DNA of 64,000 nt from Verrucomicrobiota bacterium (GTDB lineage: Bacteria > Verrucomicrobiota > Verrucomicrobiia > Opitutales > Cerasicoccaceae). How positions within the stretch are numbered: the first letter of the stretch is position 1; every line of letters begins with the position of its first letter. The stretch is taken from assembly GCA_039818205.1 (NCBI GenBank), contig JBCBUK010000002.1:192001-256000 (forward strand). Direction: 5' to 3'. The position numbers and the translations under genes are program-made. The notes beneath the pieces are model-generated. The model was not told where the DNA came from, did not search any database, and saw only the letters and a program-made list of their open reading frames with translations. Below, in pieces: positions 55,000 through 64,000 of the stretch.

Positions 55000-56769
55000 T
55001 TAGGACGGAAACTTAGGGCTAACCGAGCGTCGTTGTCCAGCCGGAATTTCGACGGGCCCACCCTCAGCGGCGACTTCATCGTTTTTGTAGATGGTCACAT
55101 TGATGGGCTCGTCCGATTCTGGAGCGACCCATTGCCATTTGCCGATCTCAAGAAATTCCATGGGCACACCTTCGGTTTCCGAGAGGCCTGGGCCGCTGCC
55201 GCGAACGTAAGGCTTGTTACCGATGCCGATCAATACTTGGGCAATCACCGTCGTGGCGCCTTTTTGCTTCTTGGGTTTGCTCTTGGGCTCGGCTTCTGGG
55301 ATGTCACCCATCAAGTCGGGCTGCTCTGGGCCATCGTCGGTTCCTTCTTCTGTTTCCTCGCCTTCGGGTTCGGCAGCAGCAATCTCCCCAAAATCATCCC
55401 AGTCATCAAAGCCAACTCCAGACACCGTTTCTTTCTCGTCGTTAGTTTCATCTGACGTCTCGACGGGCTGTTCAGTGCCGACTGGAGTATCTTCTGCGTC
55501 GAGCTCTTCGACTGCACCACTAAAGGCGATGTCAAAGTCATCTTCGTCTTCGAGAATCTCTTCCGGGGCAAACTCTGGTTCGTCGACTACGACGGCCTCA
55601 TCATCCTCGGCGATCTCGGCAATCGGTTCGGGTTCCACCGGCGCTTCTTCCGCAATCTCGTTCTCGGGCAAAAACTCGGGCTCTTGGTCGACCTGGGTTT
55701 CGATGTCGCCGTACTCCTGTGTCTCGTCGTATTCGCCTTCTTCGGCTAGGTTGACGTCGAGGTCACTGAAATCTTCGCTGGCTGAGCCTAATTCCTCCGC
55801 TTCTTCGGATTCCAACTCTGGCTCAAAGGTTTCGATGGATTCCGGCTCCGCTTCGACGGCTAGTTTGTCCTCTGCTAAAACCTCATCCTCGAGCGCCATA
55901 TCTTCATCGACCGGATCAACGATTGCAGATTCAACTTCGTCTTCCGTTTCTTCCGCCGCGATTTCAACGGCTTCTTCGGCGATTGCGGACCCATCCAATT
56001 CTTCCGTGATCTCTTCTTCAAGTTCGACGGTGTCCGCAACGGCCTCAGCTGATTCTGGCTCGGCTGCCGGTGTTGGATTGGACTCGATGGGGAAGGGGGG
56101 CGGAGTCGATGAGACGAGTTGTGCGGCGGTGTCGCTAATCATCGCGGCCAGGCCTTGATAGCGTCCGGCGAGCTCACCCAGTAGGTTAACCTGCATGGGT
56201 AGGCCTTGGAGTTTGGAAAGGGCAGAATTCAGTTTGTCATGCTGTTTATCCGAACTGATTGAGACCTGTTCAGCAATTGCACGTGCAAAAGTATCTCGTG
56301 CGGCATTGAACTGCTCGCTCAGCGCATCCTGCAATTGCTCCGGTGAGATCTCGGCGGTTGCGTGCGGACCGGCTTTGATCTCGGAGATGCGGCGGTCCAT
56401 CTGGTCGAGTAATTCTCCGAGCGTTGCCACAACCTCCGCGTTGCGGTCGGTGTTGTGGGCGACATTTTCGCCGATCTCCTGGATTCCCATGAGAGCCGCC
56501 TCAATGCGCCGGGCATTTTCAGTGTTGGCTTGGCTCAAGTCGTATTCTTTGAGCTTGGAGAGTGTTCGAAACTCGACGTAAAAGGGCATGCAGGCGACAA
56601 CGCCTCCGAGCGTGACGCTGGTGATGACCCAGAAAAACCGCATCGGTGTCAGCGGACCCTCACTGCTGAATGCGATGATCAGGGCAATCAGCACCAGGAT
56701 CACATCGAGAATGATAAAAGGGATTTTGTTGATCTTTGGGAGCGGGACGTTTTCTTCCATATTCACCAT
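55000..56769 (-). CDS. Membrane-anchored acidic protein: 2 TM - coiled coil - long E/D-rich region - small C-terminal beta domain
   Basis: Two N-terminal hydrophobic helices, more than 250 aa of acidic low-complexity sequence, and the C-terminal IGIGNKPYVRGSGPGLS...GVPM...GKWQW domain. Confidence 0.75.
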   Translation of the reverse strand: MVNMEENVPLPKINKIPFIILDVILVLIALIIAFSSEGPLTPMRFFWVITSVTLGGVVACMPFYVEFRTLSKLKEYDLSQANTENARRIEAALMGIQEIGENVAHNTDRNAEVVATLGELLDQMDRRISEIKAGPHATAEISPEQLQDALSEQFNAARDTFARAIAEQVSISSDKQHDKLNSALSKLQGLPMQVNLLGELAGRYQGLAAMISDTAAQLVSSTPPPFPIESNPTPAAEPESAEAVADTVELEEEITEELDGSAIAEEAVEIAAEETEDEVESAIVDPVDEDMALEDEVLAEDKLAVEAEPESIETFEPELESEEAEELGSASEDFSDLDVNLAEEGEYDETQEYGDIETQVDQEPEFLPENEIAEEAPVEPEPIAEIAEDDEAVVVDEPEFAPEEILEDEDDFDIAFSGAVEELDAEDTPVGTEQPVETSDETNDEKETVSGVGFDDWDDFGEIAAAEPEGEETEEGTDDGPEQPDLMGDIPEAEPKSKPKKQKGATTVIAQVLIGIGNKPYVRGSGPGLSETEGVPMEFLEIGKWQWVAPESDEPINVTIYKNDEVAAEGGPVEIPAGQRRSVSPKFPS

Positions 56770-56971
56770 CTAACTGTGTTGTGTTAGGAAGTAGCGGTGT
56801 CAGAGCGCGTAAGCAAGGCAGAAGCCCCATTCTCCGCAAATCTCTCTTAGCTTGGCAAACCGAGGGGCTGCCTTGCCATCCATCCCATCTCTAGGTTGGA
56901 AAATTCCGCTACGATCCCGCCATGAAATTTGTCACTGCCGTCGCGCTGGTGGTCAGCGAGGGCCTTGGGGA

Positions 56972-57991
56972 TTAACCGCGGGCAACGAATCCAGCTTTCC
57001 GCTGGACCTTTGACAGGATCTTGAAGGCCCGCTTTTGGGCAGCGTCATCGCCCGCCTTGAGCACCGCCGTCAGGTATTTTTTGTCGGACTTCACCGCTTC
57101 ATATTTCTCCCGGACGGGGTTGATCATCTCAACCACCGCTTCGGCCACTGCGTCTTTAAATTCTTTGTAGTTTGCGCCCTCGAACTGCTTCTCCAGGTCC
57201 TCGACGGACTTGCTTGTCGCCGCACTGAGGATGCCCAGTAGGTTCGTTACGCCGGGCTTGTCGGGCGTCGCCCGCACTTCTGATCCGGAGTCCGTGACCG
57301 CGCTACCGATCTTTTTGCGCAGGGTTTTTTCGTCATCAGTGATGTTGAGTGTCGCCGCGTGGTTGGCATCGCTCTTGGACATCTTTTTCTCTGGGTTTTG
57401 CAATGACATGACCCGGGCACCTGTCTTGGGAATGAAGACATCGGGAACCTTGAATGTCTCGGAATAGGTGGAGTTGAATTTTTGGGCCAGGTCGCGGGTC
57501 AGCTCAATGTGCTGTTTCTGGTCCTCGCCAACGGGCACAATGTCCGCGTTGTATAGGAGGATGTCCGAGGCCATCAGAACTGGATAAGTCAGTAAGCCGC
57601 TGCCGATGAAGCCGCGGGCCTCCTCTTCCTTGCTCGACTTGTCCTTGAACTGAGTCATGCGTTCCAGCTGTCCCAGCGGGCACAGACATCCGAGGATCCA
57701 GGCGAGCTCGGTGTGGCCAATGACGTGACTTTGGATGAAGATGTTCGCCTTCTCGGGGTCGATGCCGCAGGCGATATACTGAGCAATGCACTCCAAGGTA
57801 TCGGAACGCAGATCAGCTGGTACATAGGGCACGGTGATCGCGTGCAGGTCGACGATGCCAAAGTAGCATTCGTAGTCATCTAGATAGCGGGTCCAGTTCC
57901 GGACGGCACCGAGGTAGTTTCCCAGGTGAAGTTTTCCCGTTGGTTGGGCGCATGTCAGGACAACTTTTCGTTCTGCAGATTGATCACTCAT
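56972..57991 (-). CDS. trpS: Tryptophan--tRNA ligase
   Basis: QPTG.LHLGNY (HIGH), YPVLMASDIL, VPVGEDQKQH and KMSKS. Confidence 0.97.
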   Translation of the reverse strand: MSDQSAERKVVLTCAQPTGKLHLGNYLGAVRNWTRYLDDYECYFGIVDLHAITVPYVPADLRSDTLECIAQYIACGIDPEKANIFIQSHVIGHTELAWILGCLCPLGQLERMTQFKDKSSKEEEARGFIGSGLLTYPVLMASDILLYNADIVPVGEDQKQHIELTRDLAQKFNSTYSETFKVPDVFIPKTGARVMSLQNPEKKMSKSDANHAATLNITDDEKTLRKKIGSAVTDSGSEVRATPDKPGVTNLLGILSAATSKSVEDLEKQFEGANYKEFKDAVAEAVVEMINPVREKYEAVKSDKKYLTAVLKAGDDAAQKRAFKILSKVQRKAGFVARG

Positions 57992-58144
57992 AACAAATCA
58001 AAGCAGTCCGATAAAGCCCATGCGACGCTGGGTTTCAACGGTATTATTCCGGGAGCTGGGAATAATTGAGTTGGCCCCGGTTGCCCAGGACAGCGCTAGC
58101 AGCAGTCCGGACAACCGGGACCGCAACGAGACACAGTAGAGAAA

Positions 58145-59200
58145 TTATTTTCTTCGAGAGGCGATACGAAGGCCGAGGATGGCGACCCCGACGATTAATG
58201 CATACGTAGAAGGCTCAGGAATCTCCAGGGTGTCAATGCCAGAATTGCCGAAACCGACACTTTGATACAAGGTGCCATCCAGCGCTAAGACTCCAAGGCC
58301 ATCCAGTTCGCCGAGTGAGTCATCCGCGGTTGCTAGTGTGTCAAGATTAGTGCCAGCGCTCGTTGTGCCATTCCATTGGGCCAGTGTTCCGCTAAAAGGG
58401 AATGCCGAGAAGTCAGACAGCGCGACGAAGATGCCTCCCACGGAATCCGCCCAAAGGCTGCTTGCACCTGAGGGCAGGCTTGAGAGCAGGGTGCCGTCGC
58501 CCAGATTGAACGGCGTCCAACTTCCTGGGTTCGATAGAAACGCCGAGATGTCTCCAGCGGCAAAGCTGACGAGCTGCTCACTCGCCAGCCCGCTTGTACC
58601 GTAGACTAACGCTCCTGTGGCATCAAAGGCGAGGTCGGCTGAGAAGCCGCCGGTGGTGGCAAACTGGATGGCAGTGTAGCTGTTGGCTGCGTCCAGATAG
58701 AACAGCCGGTTAGGGTTGCCGAAGCCGCCAGGATTCGCAGAGACAAAGGCATCATTCCCGGAGAACTCCATGTCGAAGTTGCCACCCAGGGTGGTGCGCA
58801 GGTTCCACGTCGGGGTTCCGCTGAGGTCCGTGACTTCGTAAATGCGGTCATCGGTATTCCCGCCAACGGTGAAGCCGACCCATACTGAATTGCCGTCCGG
58901 AGAGCGGCGAACGAAGCTGATGAAGGCGCTGTCCGCATAGCCACCTGTGGGCGCCCCGAAGTCACCGAGGACACCGCCTCCCGACACGTCGTACCGGCGG
59001 AGTGTACTGGTATTGCTATCCCATCCATAGGCGCGCGTGCCGCCATCAGAATAGATGTCGAACGCCCCGAGGGTTTGGCTAGAGAGGACTTGGCCGCTTT
59101 GGTAGCCAGAAACCGGGGTCAGGTTCGCGTTTAGCGTCTGAGTGCTCAAGGACACCAGCGACGTTGCTAGGAGGGTTAGGATGGAGGATCTCAGATTCAT
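58145..59200 (-). CDS. PEP-CTERM sorted surface protein (beta-propeller-like)
   Basis: Signal peptide MNLRSSILTLLATSLVSL... and C-terminal IPEPSTYALIVGVAILGLRIASRRK. Confidence 0.88.
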   Translation of the reverse strand: MNLRSSILTLLATSLVSLSTQTLNANLTPVSGYQSGQVLSSQTLGAFDIYSDGGTRAYGWDSNTSTLRRYDVSGGGVLGDFGAPTGGYADSAFISFVRRSPDGNSVWVGFTVGGNTDDRIYEVTDLSGTPTWNLRTTLGGNFDMEFSGNDAFVSANPGGFGNPNRLFYLDAANSYTAIQFATTGGFSADLAFDATGALVYGTSGLASEQLVSFAAGDISAFLSNPGSWTPFNLGDGTLLSSLPSGASSLWADSVGGIFVALSDFSAFPFSGTLAQWNGTTSAGTNLDTLATADDSLGELDGLGVLALDGTLYQSVGFGNSGIDTLEIPEPSTYALIVGVAILGLRIASRRK

Positions 59201-59256
59201 TGTTATTAAATTCACTTTTATCGAATATTTAAAAAATAAGAAATCAATCATTAATT

Positions 59257-59268
59257 GCAGTTAACTGC
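59257..59268. promoter_or_regulatory. Perfect 12-bp palindrome GCAGTTAACTGC, candidate operator
   Basis: Lies in the AT-rich 136-bp spacer between the divergent PEP-CTERM and Fur-family genes. Confidence 0.4.
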
Positions 59269-59336
59269 CAAAAATATGCGGACTTCTTTGTAAAACGAGT
59301 TTGCAGGCGGGTTAAGGACCTGTTTAATAGTGGTTT

Positions 59337-59750
59337 ATGGCTGACAGTGAACGAGTTGCCTTTCGACGTACCCCCCAGCGTGAGGCAATCTATGCGGCGC
59401 TGGGAAAAGCGGAACGACCCTTGAGTTTCGACGAGTTGTTGGAACGGGCCCGACAGCATCACCCGAAGATTGGAGAGCGAACTCTTTTTCGCAACGTTCG
59501 GGAGATGTTAAATGAGCACAGTTTGGTGCGGGTGTATCTGCCGGGTCAGCCAGCGCGCTACGAATTGCCAACCGGCAACCATCGGCCCCACTTTATCTGC
59601 CGCAAGTGTAATCGCGTGTTTATCCTGCCCGAGGAGACCCCAGATATTCTACCAGAGTACGCTTCAAAGATTCCGGAAAATTTTGTTCCCGAAGGTGAGG
59701 AGCTGATTGTCTACGGTTACTGTCGGCAGTGCCCGGAAGAAACTGCCTAG
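59337..59750 (+). CDS. Fur family transcriptional regulator
   Basis: [27 protein letters not shown] and YGYCRQC. Confidence 0.9.
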   Translation: MADSERVAFRRTPQREAIYAALGKAERPLSFDELLERARQHHPKIGERTLFRNVREMLNEHSLVRVYLPGQPARYELPTGNHRPHFICRKCNRVFILPEETPDILPEYASKIPENFVPEGEELIVYGYCRQCPEETA

Positions 59751-61282
59751 GCGAGGGCAACCAGTTCACTCGTGTGCGGTATATCTTTGATGATCTGCGA
59801 TGGATCCGGCCCCACGCCAATGTAGCGCACATTCATTTCAGGATGCGCTCCTCCACGGCCAGCGATCTCCAGGGTCGCTTTCACGCAGGTTGCAACATAG
59901 TGCTTAGCGGCATCGGGTAAGTCGGCAAAGGTGCGAACCGTGGAGATGTCCTCAGTCCATCCTGGCATCTCGAGATAGATCGGCTTTAGCTGACTGCGGA
60001 ATGCGTCGTCGCGTGGGACGCGGTTGACCACACTACCATCCGGTGCCTCGTAGGCGGTGCAGATCTTGAGCGTGCCGCCATCGGGTTGGGTGAGGGCATC
60101 AAGCTTGTTGATGACCAAATCCTGGAAGCCGCCGAAGCGGAGGCAGTCGCCTTTCTCCACAGCATCGAACCAACCGACCATACGCTGACGGCCAGTGCTC
60201 ACGCCGAACTCCATCTTCTTGAGTGCAATGGTTAGCGGCGCCTCGTCATCCATCTGGGTCAAAAACAGGTGCGTGCCAACTTTGGTGTCGTAGGCCTTGC
60301 AGCATCCGATCGTGTGAACGGGTTGGGCTGGGATACCTGCGCTTAAGAAGATTTCCGGCGTGAAGGTGTGCGAAGCGGTAACGTTTGGCGAGAAGCCAGC
60401 GCGTTTGTCGAGCCAGTAGCTCTGCCCGAACTCGCCGACTAGATATTTGCCCGCCGCTTGATTCTCAAGCACGAGCTCACGCACGTCTCGGATGTTGTTT
60501 TGAAGCTCCCCGAGTGCGCCCAGGTAGACCTCAATGGTCCGATCAATGTTCAAGCCAAAGTCACCGTCGCCGCGAAACTGGGTGAAATCGAACTCCTCGG
60601 CTGGGAAAATGCCCGCGTCAACGCTGGCTTGATTTGCACGTTTCTCGGCGTTTGTGAGGATGTCGAAAAATCCGCTCCACGCTTCCGGGCTCACTTGGCA
60701 AACGTGCTGGATGATGCTCGTTGCTCGTTCCATGCGTTCGCGGAGACGCTTAACGATGACGTCTTTACCCAAGGAAAGATCGCCATAAAAAATCTGCATC
60801 TGGCCGACCTCATCCAAGTAGGCGGGTGTGATGCCGCGCCCGGTTGAACCGCGTGGCTCACGCTTGAGGACATGGCGCCGGTAGTCTTCCCAGGCGAGGT
60901 CAAGGAGCCGGTGTGAGAGGTCGCTGAGCATGGTTCGCTCGTCAAAGACCAGGCGCTCCCAGAGATTATATCCGCGTGCTTCGAGGGGCTTCAGTTCCCA
61001 AAGTGCTTTGCGGGGATCGGCGACGACACCGCTGCCAATTGCGAGCCAGCGAACTGATTTCGCGACAACTCCGGCGGGCAGCAAATTGAGCTTCAGCCCA
61101 CCGGCGGTGTGGCCGCTGTTTGCCCCACCGTTAACCTTCATGACGATGCCAACGCGATCGTCATGGCCGGTTTGCTCCGTGATTTCGGCAATCACCTCGG
61201 GGATGAGTCGCCCTTTGCCTTCATCGCCCATGCTGATACCGACGTCGGCGATCAGCTGGCTGGAGAATGGAGTTAAGGCCAT
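59747..61282 (-). CDS. purA: Adenylosuccinate synthetase (divergent)
   Basis: [44 protein letters not shown] and IGVGP. Confidence 0.9.
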   Translation of the reverse strand: MALTPFSSQLIADVGISMGDEGKGRLIPEVIAEITEQTGHDDRVGIVMKVNGGANSGHTAGGLKLNLLPAGVVAKSVRWLAIGSGVVADPRKALWELKPLEARGYNLWERLVFDERTMLSDLSHRLLDLAWEDYRRHVLKREPRGSTGRGITPAYLDEVGQMQIFYGDLSLGKDVIVKRLRERMERATSIIQHVCQVSPEAWSGFFDILTNAEKRANQASVDAGIFPAEEFDFTQFRGDGDFGLNIDRTIEVYLGALGELQNNIRDVRELVLENQAAGKYLVGEFGQSYWLDKRAGFSPNVTASHTFTPEIFLSAGIPAQPVHTIGCCKAYDTKVGTHLFLTQMDDEAPLTIALKKMEFGVSTGRQRMVGWFDAVEKGDCLRFGGFQDLVINKLDALTQPDGGTLKICTAYEAPDGSVVNRVPRDDAFRSQLKPIYLEMPGWTEDISTVRTFADLPDAAKHYVATCVKATLEIAGRGGAHPEMNVRYIGVGPDPSQIIKDIPHTSELVALA

Positions 61283-61407
61283 GGTTATTTGGTGCTGGAA
61301 CGATTGTTAACTTTGCTTCTAGGAAGCAGGCAAAACGCGCCACAATAGCGGGCGGCGAAGGCATGGCAAGTCCAAGCTAGCAACAATACGCGAAATCATG
61401 GGCAATT

Positions 61408-61438
61408 AAAAATCCTGCCAGGCAATGCCGGCAGGATT
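61408..61438 (-). terminator. Rho-independent terminator of the 61470-62780 gene
   Basis: AATCCTGCC/GGCAGGATT stem with a T-run on the minus strand. Confidence 0.7.
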
Positions 61439-61469
61439 AGAAATCGATTCGATTGCTCAGGTTTGCGAG

Positions 61470-62780
61470 CTAGCCGCTGTTTCCGCTGGAGCGGACCTGT
61501 TTCATCAGGTCGCCTTCGCCTTCAAGAACGCGCATTTTGCCGCCACGGTTTTTGCGAGCCAGGGTCTTAAATGGCTCAACATCCTTGTGGTTTTTCTTAT
61601 CCTCGTCGGAGCCGAGGAATAGGACAACGTTCACCTCGGGTGTCTTGGTGTTGCGCTCCTTGTAGAGCTTGCGACCAGCGTCTACGACGTGCGTGGTGAC
61701 GTCTTCCTTGCTGTAGGCGAGGGACGGCTTGTAGCGAATGTTCTTGCCCATGATACCCGCTTTTTGCAGGTCAGATATCAATGCGTGGTCGCTGTGCACC
61801 ACCTTGGGTGGCTGGCCCGCGCTGGCGCGACGTTTGTTCTCCTGAGTCATCCAGCTTCGAGCTTTGCGAACGTTGGCTTGCCAGGTCGACTCTTGTTCGG
61901 GGCCCCAGCCTTGGTCCAGATACCATTGGTCTTTTTCCGCGTCGTTCTCAAAGACGACGTTATGCCATTGCCAGCTGGGAACCATGACGAAGATCGCATC
62001 GCTGTTTTGCTCCATTGCTATCTGGATGCCGCGAGCCCAGTGGGCGACATCATCCGTCAACGGCTTCAAGTCGGTGTTGCGAATGGTAACGTTGCCGTTG
62101 ATGCCCAGACGATTCGACGAATTGACGGGTTGGATCCAATCGGCAGCTTTCGCTTTGTTGCCATTGGTGGCCGGAAGCATGCGATCGGAGAAGCTGTATA
62201 CCTTGCGATGTTCTACAAACTGAATGTTAAAGAGCGTGCCGGGCTTGAGTCCGTTGACCATTCGGGTGATCTCGCCCTTGATGATCTTGTAGGCAGGAAT
62301 GCCGCCCTTCTTGTCTTCCAGCATGTATTTGGAAGCGTCGATGATAAAAGTCACGCGTTCGCCCTCTGACTTGATTCCGAAAAAGTCGACTGCTGATTTA
62401 CTGAAATCGATCCCACCGGAACCAAAACCGCGACCCAGTCCCGTGCCGGTGCCTGTGCCAGTGCCGACAGCGACCTTCGAGTCGATCGTCGGGATGTCCA
62501 CGTTGAGCTCAGGAAGATTCATTTGAGTCGGATTGTTGATGACGATCCGGCTCTTGGGGCGTGAGCTGTTTTGCAGCGACTTCTTCAGGCGGACCTTCTG
62601 CTCTTGCTGCTCAATCGGAGCTTCGACGACGGGGGGAGCCTCCATTTCGGGCTCCTGGGGCTTCATAGCCGTCCAGATGTTGATACCTCCGAGAACCAAG
62701 AGCGCCACCACGTGAACCACGAGGCTGACAATGGTAACTTCAATCAGAGGTAAATTGGCTTTTCTTTTCTTTCGAGGCAT
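61470..62780 (-). CDS. Membrane-anchored vWA-like protein (paralog 1)
   Basis: N-terminal TM SLVVHVVALLVL, Pro/Gly linker, FFGI....RVTFIIDAS (degenerate MIDAS) and FNI.F. Confidence 0.7.
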   Translation of the reverse strand: MPRKKRKANLPLIEVTIVSLVVHVVALLVLGGINIWTAMKPQEPEMEAPPVVEAPIEQQEQKVRLKKSLQNSSRPKSRIVINNPTQMNLPELNVDIPTIDSKVAVGTGTGTGTGLGRGFGSGGIDFSKSAVDFFGIKSEGERVTFIIDASKYMLEDKKGGIPAYKIIKGEITRMVNGLKPGTLFNIQFVEHRKVYSFSDRMLPATNGNKAKAADWIQPVNSSNRLGINGNVTIRNTDLKPLTDDVAHWARGIQIAMEQNSDAIFVMVPSWQWHNVVFENDAEKDQWYLDQGWGPEQESTWQANVRKARSWMTQENKRRASAGQPPKVVHSDHALISDLQKAGIMGKNIRYKPSLAYSKEDVTTHVVDAGRKLYKERNTKTPEVNVVLFLGSDEDKKNHKDVEPFKTLARKNRGGKMRVLEGEGDLMKQVRSSGNSG

Positions 62781-63048
62781 TTCGGGTATGTTTGTTTTGA
62801 GCGTAGGAATGGCCCGGGGTCCTATGATTAAAGCCTAATTTGGTCCCGAAAGTCCAGAGTAAACCGCCTAGAGGTGTGATAGTTAAATGTTGACTTAAAA
62901 GTTTTACCATCAATGGCTTAAGAGTTTTATGTGCTCGCCCATTGCTTTATGTCGGGGCTTTGGCTAAATGGTTATTTTTTAAACAAATTACTTGTAGATT
63001 ATGGTTGGGATTGCGGGTGCTACCCGCCGGTTTGGCATTGTAGACACG

Positions 63049-63078
63049 AAAAAAGCCAACCGAACGAACGATTGGCTT
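63049..63078 (-). terminator. Probable terminator of paralog 2
   Basis: AAGCCAA.CG/CG.TTGGCTT stem with a T6 run on the minus strand. Confidence 0.55.
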
Positions 63079-63121
63079 GTTGTTTGGCCCGTGCTGCGGG
63101 CGAAATGGTTTTCTGGTTGTT

Positions 63122-64000
63122 TTAGCCCTGGTTGGCTCGGTTGACCTGTTTCATGAGGTCGCCTTCACCTTCAAGGACGCGCAGTTTTCCGCCGCGGTTC
63201 TTGCGAGCAACGGTTTTGAATGAGTCCACGTCTTTGTGGTTCTTACCGTCCTCGTCTGCGCCCAAAAATAACACCACGTTAACCTCGGGAGTCTTCGCGT
63301 TGCGTTCTTTGTAGAGATCGCGGCCAGTATCCACGACGTGCTTAATGACATCTTCGCGGCTGTAAGAATTGCCTGGTGGATACTTTAGGCCCTTCTTGAT
63401 GACGCCAAGCTTCATGAGGTCTGTGATCAGTGATTGGTCGTTTACGACGACCTTCGGCGGCTGCCCTTTGCTCGAACGCCTTTTGTTCTCTTCCTTGAGC
63501 CAATTCTGAGCCTTTTTTGTGGCGTTTTTCCAAGCGTTTTCCTGCTCAGGACCCCAGCCTTGTGCCTTCTGCCAATCCAGTTTGGCTTGAGGGGATTCAA
63601 ACTTGATACCGTGCCATTGCCAGCTGGGAACAATCATGAAAATTGCATCGCTGTTCTGTTCCATTGCGACTTGGATTCCTCGGGCCCAGTGAGCAACATC
63701 GGCTTTCATTGGGAGGCGGTCGGTATTGCGAACCGCTACATTACCAGAAATGCCGGTTCGGCCTCCTTTAGCGTTCACCGGATCAATCCAGCCCGACACT
63801 TTGGCTTTGTTGCCATTGGTTGCCGGGAGCATTCGTTCCGAGAAGGTGTAGACCTTTTTGCCATCAACAAACATGATGTTGAAGAGGGTGCCTGGCTTCA
63901 GGCCGTTCACCATGCGCGTGATCTCCTGCTTGATAATTGTGTAGGCAGGGATGCCGCCTTTCTTATCCTCGAGCATGTACCTCGAGGCATCGATGATGAA
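63122..64000 (-). CDS. vWA-like protein (paralog 2, partial; 5' end lies outside the window)
   Basis: Frame open to the window edge (FIIDASRYMLEDKKGGIPAY...) and colinear with 61470-62780. Confidence 0.8.
   Translation of the reverse strand, partial: FIIDASRYMLEDKKGGIPAYTIIKQEITRMVNGLKPGTLFNIMFVDGKKVYTFSERMLPATNGNKAKVSGWIDPVNAKGGRTGISGNVAVRNTDRLPMKADVAHWARGIQVAMEQNSDAIFMIVPSWQWHGIKFESPQAKLDWQKAQGWGPEQENAWKNATKKAQNWLKEENKRRSSKGQPPKVVVNDQSLITDLMKLGVIKKGLKYPPGNSYSREDVIKHVVDTGRDLYKERNAKTPEVNVVLFLGADEDGKNHKDVDSFKTVARKNRGGKLRVLEGEGDLMKQVNRANQG

Noticed and set aside
55214..56158. 314-aa Ser-rich ORF on the + strand
   Set aside because: Antisense shadow of the Glu/Asp-rich region of 55000-56769.
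56922..56975. 17-codon ORF MKFVTAVALVVSEGLGD convergent with trpS
   Set aside because: Too short, with no clear RBS. It may be chance or a gene remnant.

Overview
A 64 kb bacterial chromosomal segment of moderate-to-high GC. It is most likely from Verrucomicrobiota (Opitutia-like); this is inferred from a PEP-CTERM protein, an H-X9-DG-type prepilin-like protein, a dimeric-type GlyRS and a Tat-exported Gfo/Idh/MocA enzyme. Most of it is housekeeping: cmk, rlmD-like, leuC, fabG-acpP-fabF, pyk, glyQS, trpS, purA and a cyclophilin. It also holds a MoxR/DUF58/Bat operon whose batB-batC fusion is broken by one in-frame TAA, and an oleC-oleD pair without oleA/oleB. Two loci stand out. (1) A monocistronic secreted enzyme of about 1368 aa with no cysteine fuses an AA10 LPMO, two CBM2 modules, a GH18 chitinase and a GH9 glucanase (47540-51646). 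(2) A putative transmembrane signalling unit consists of a free roadblock/LC7-like protein, a roadblock-TM-TPR-FGE(SUMF1) protein and a stand-alone tethered PstS, near a CBS-domain hybrid histidine kinase (26473-33159). Smaller items include an ExbB/TolQ-TM2 fusion, a 49-aa lipoprotein missed by the ORF track, a Fur/PEP-CTERM divergon with a palindrome, and tandem vWA-like paralogs. I saw no rRNA, tRNA, CRISPR array or mobile element. All family calls come from motif recognition by eye; no database searches were run.
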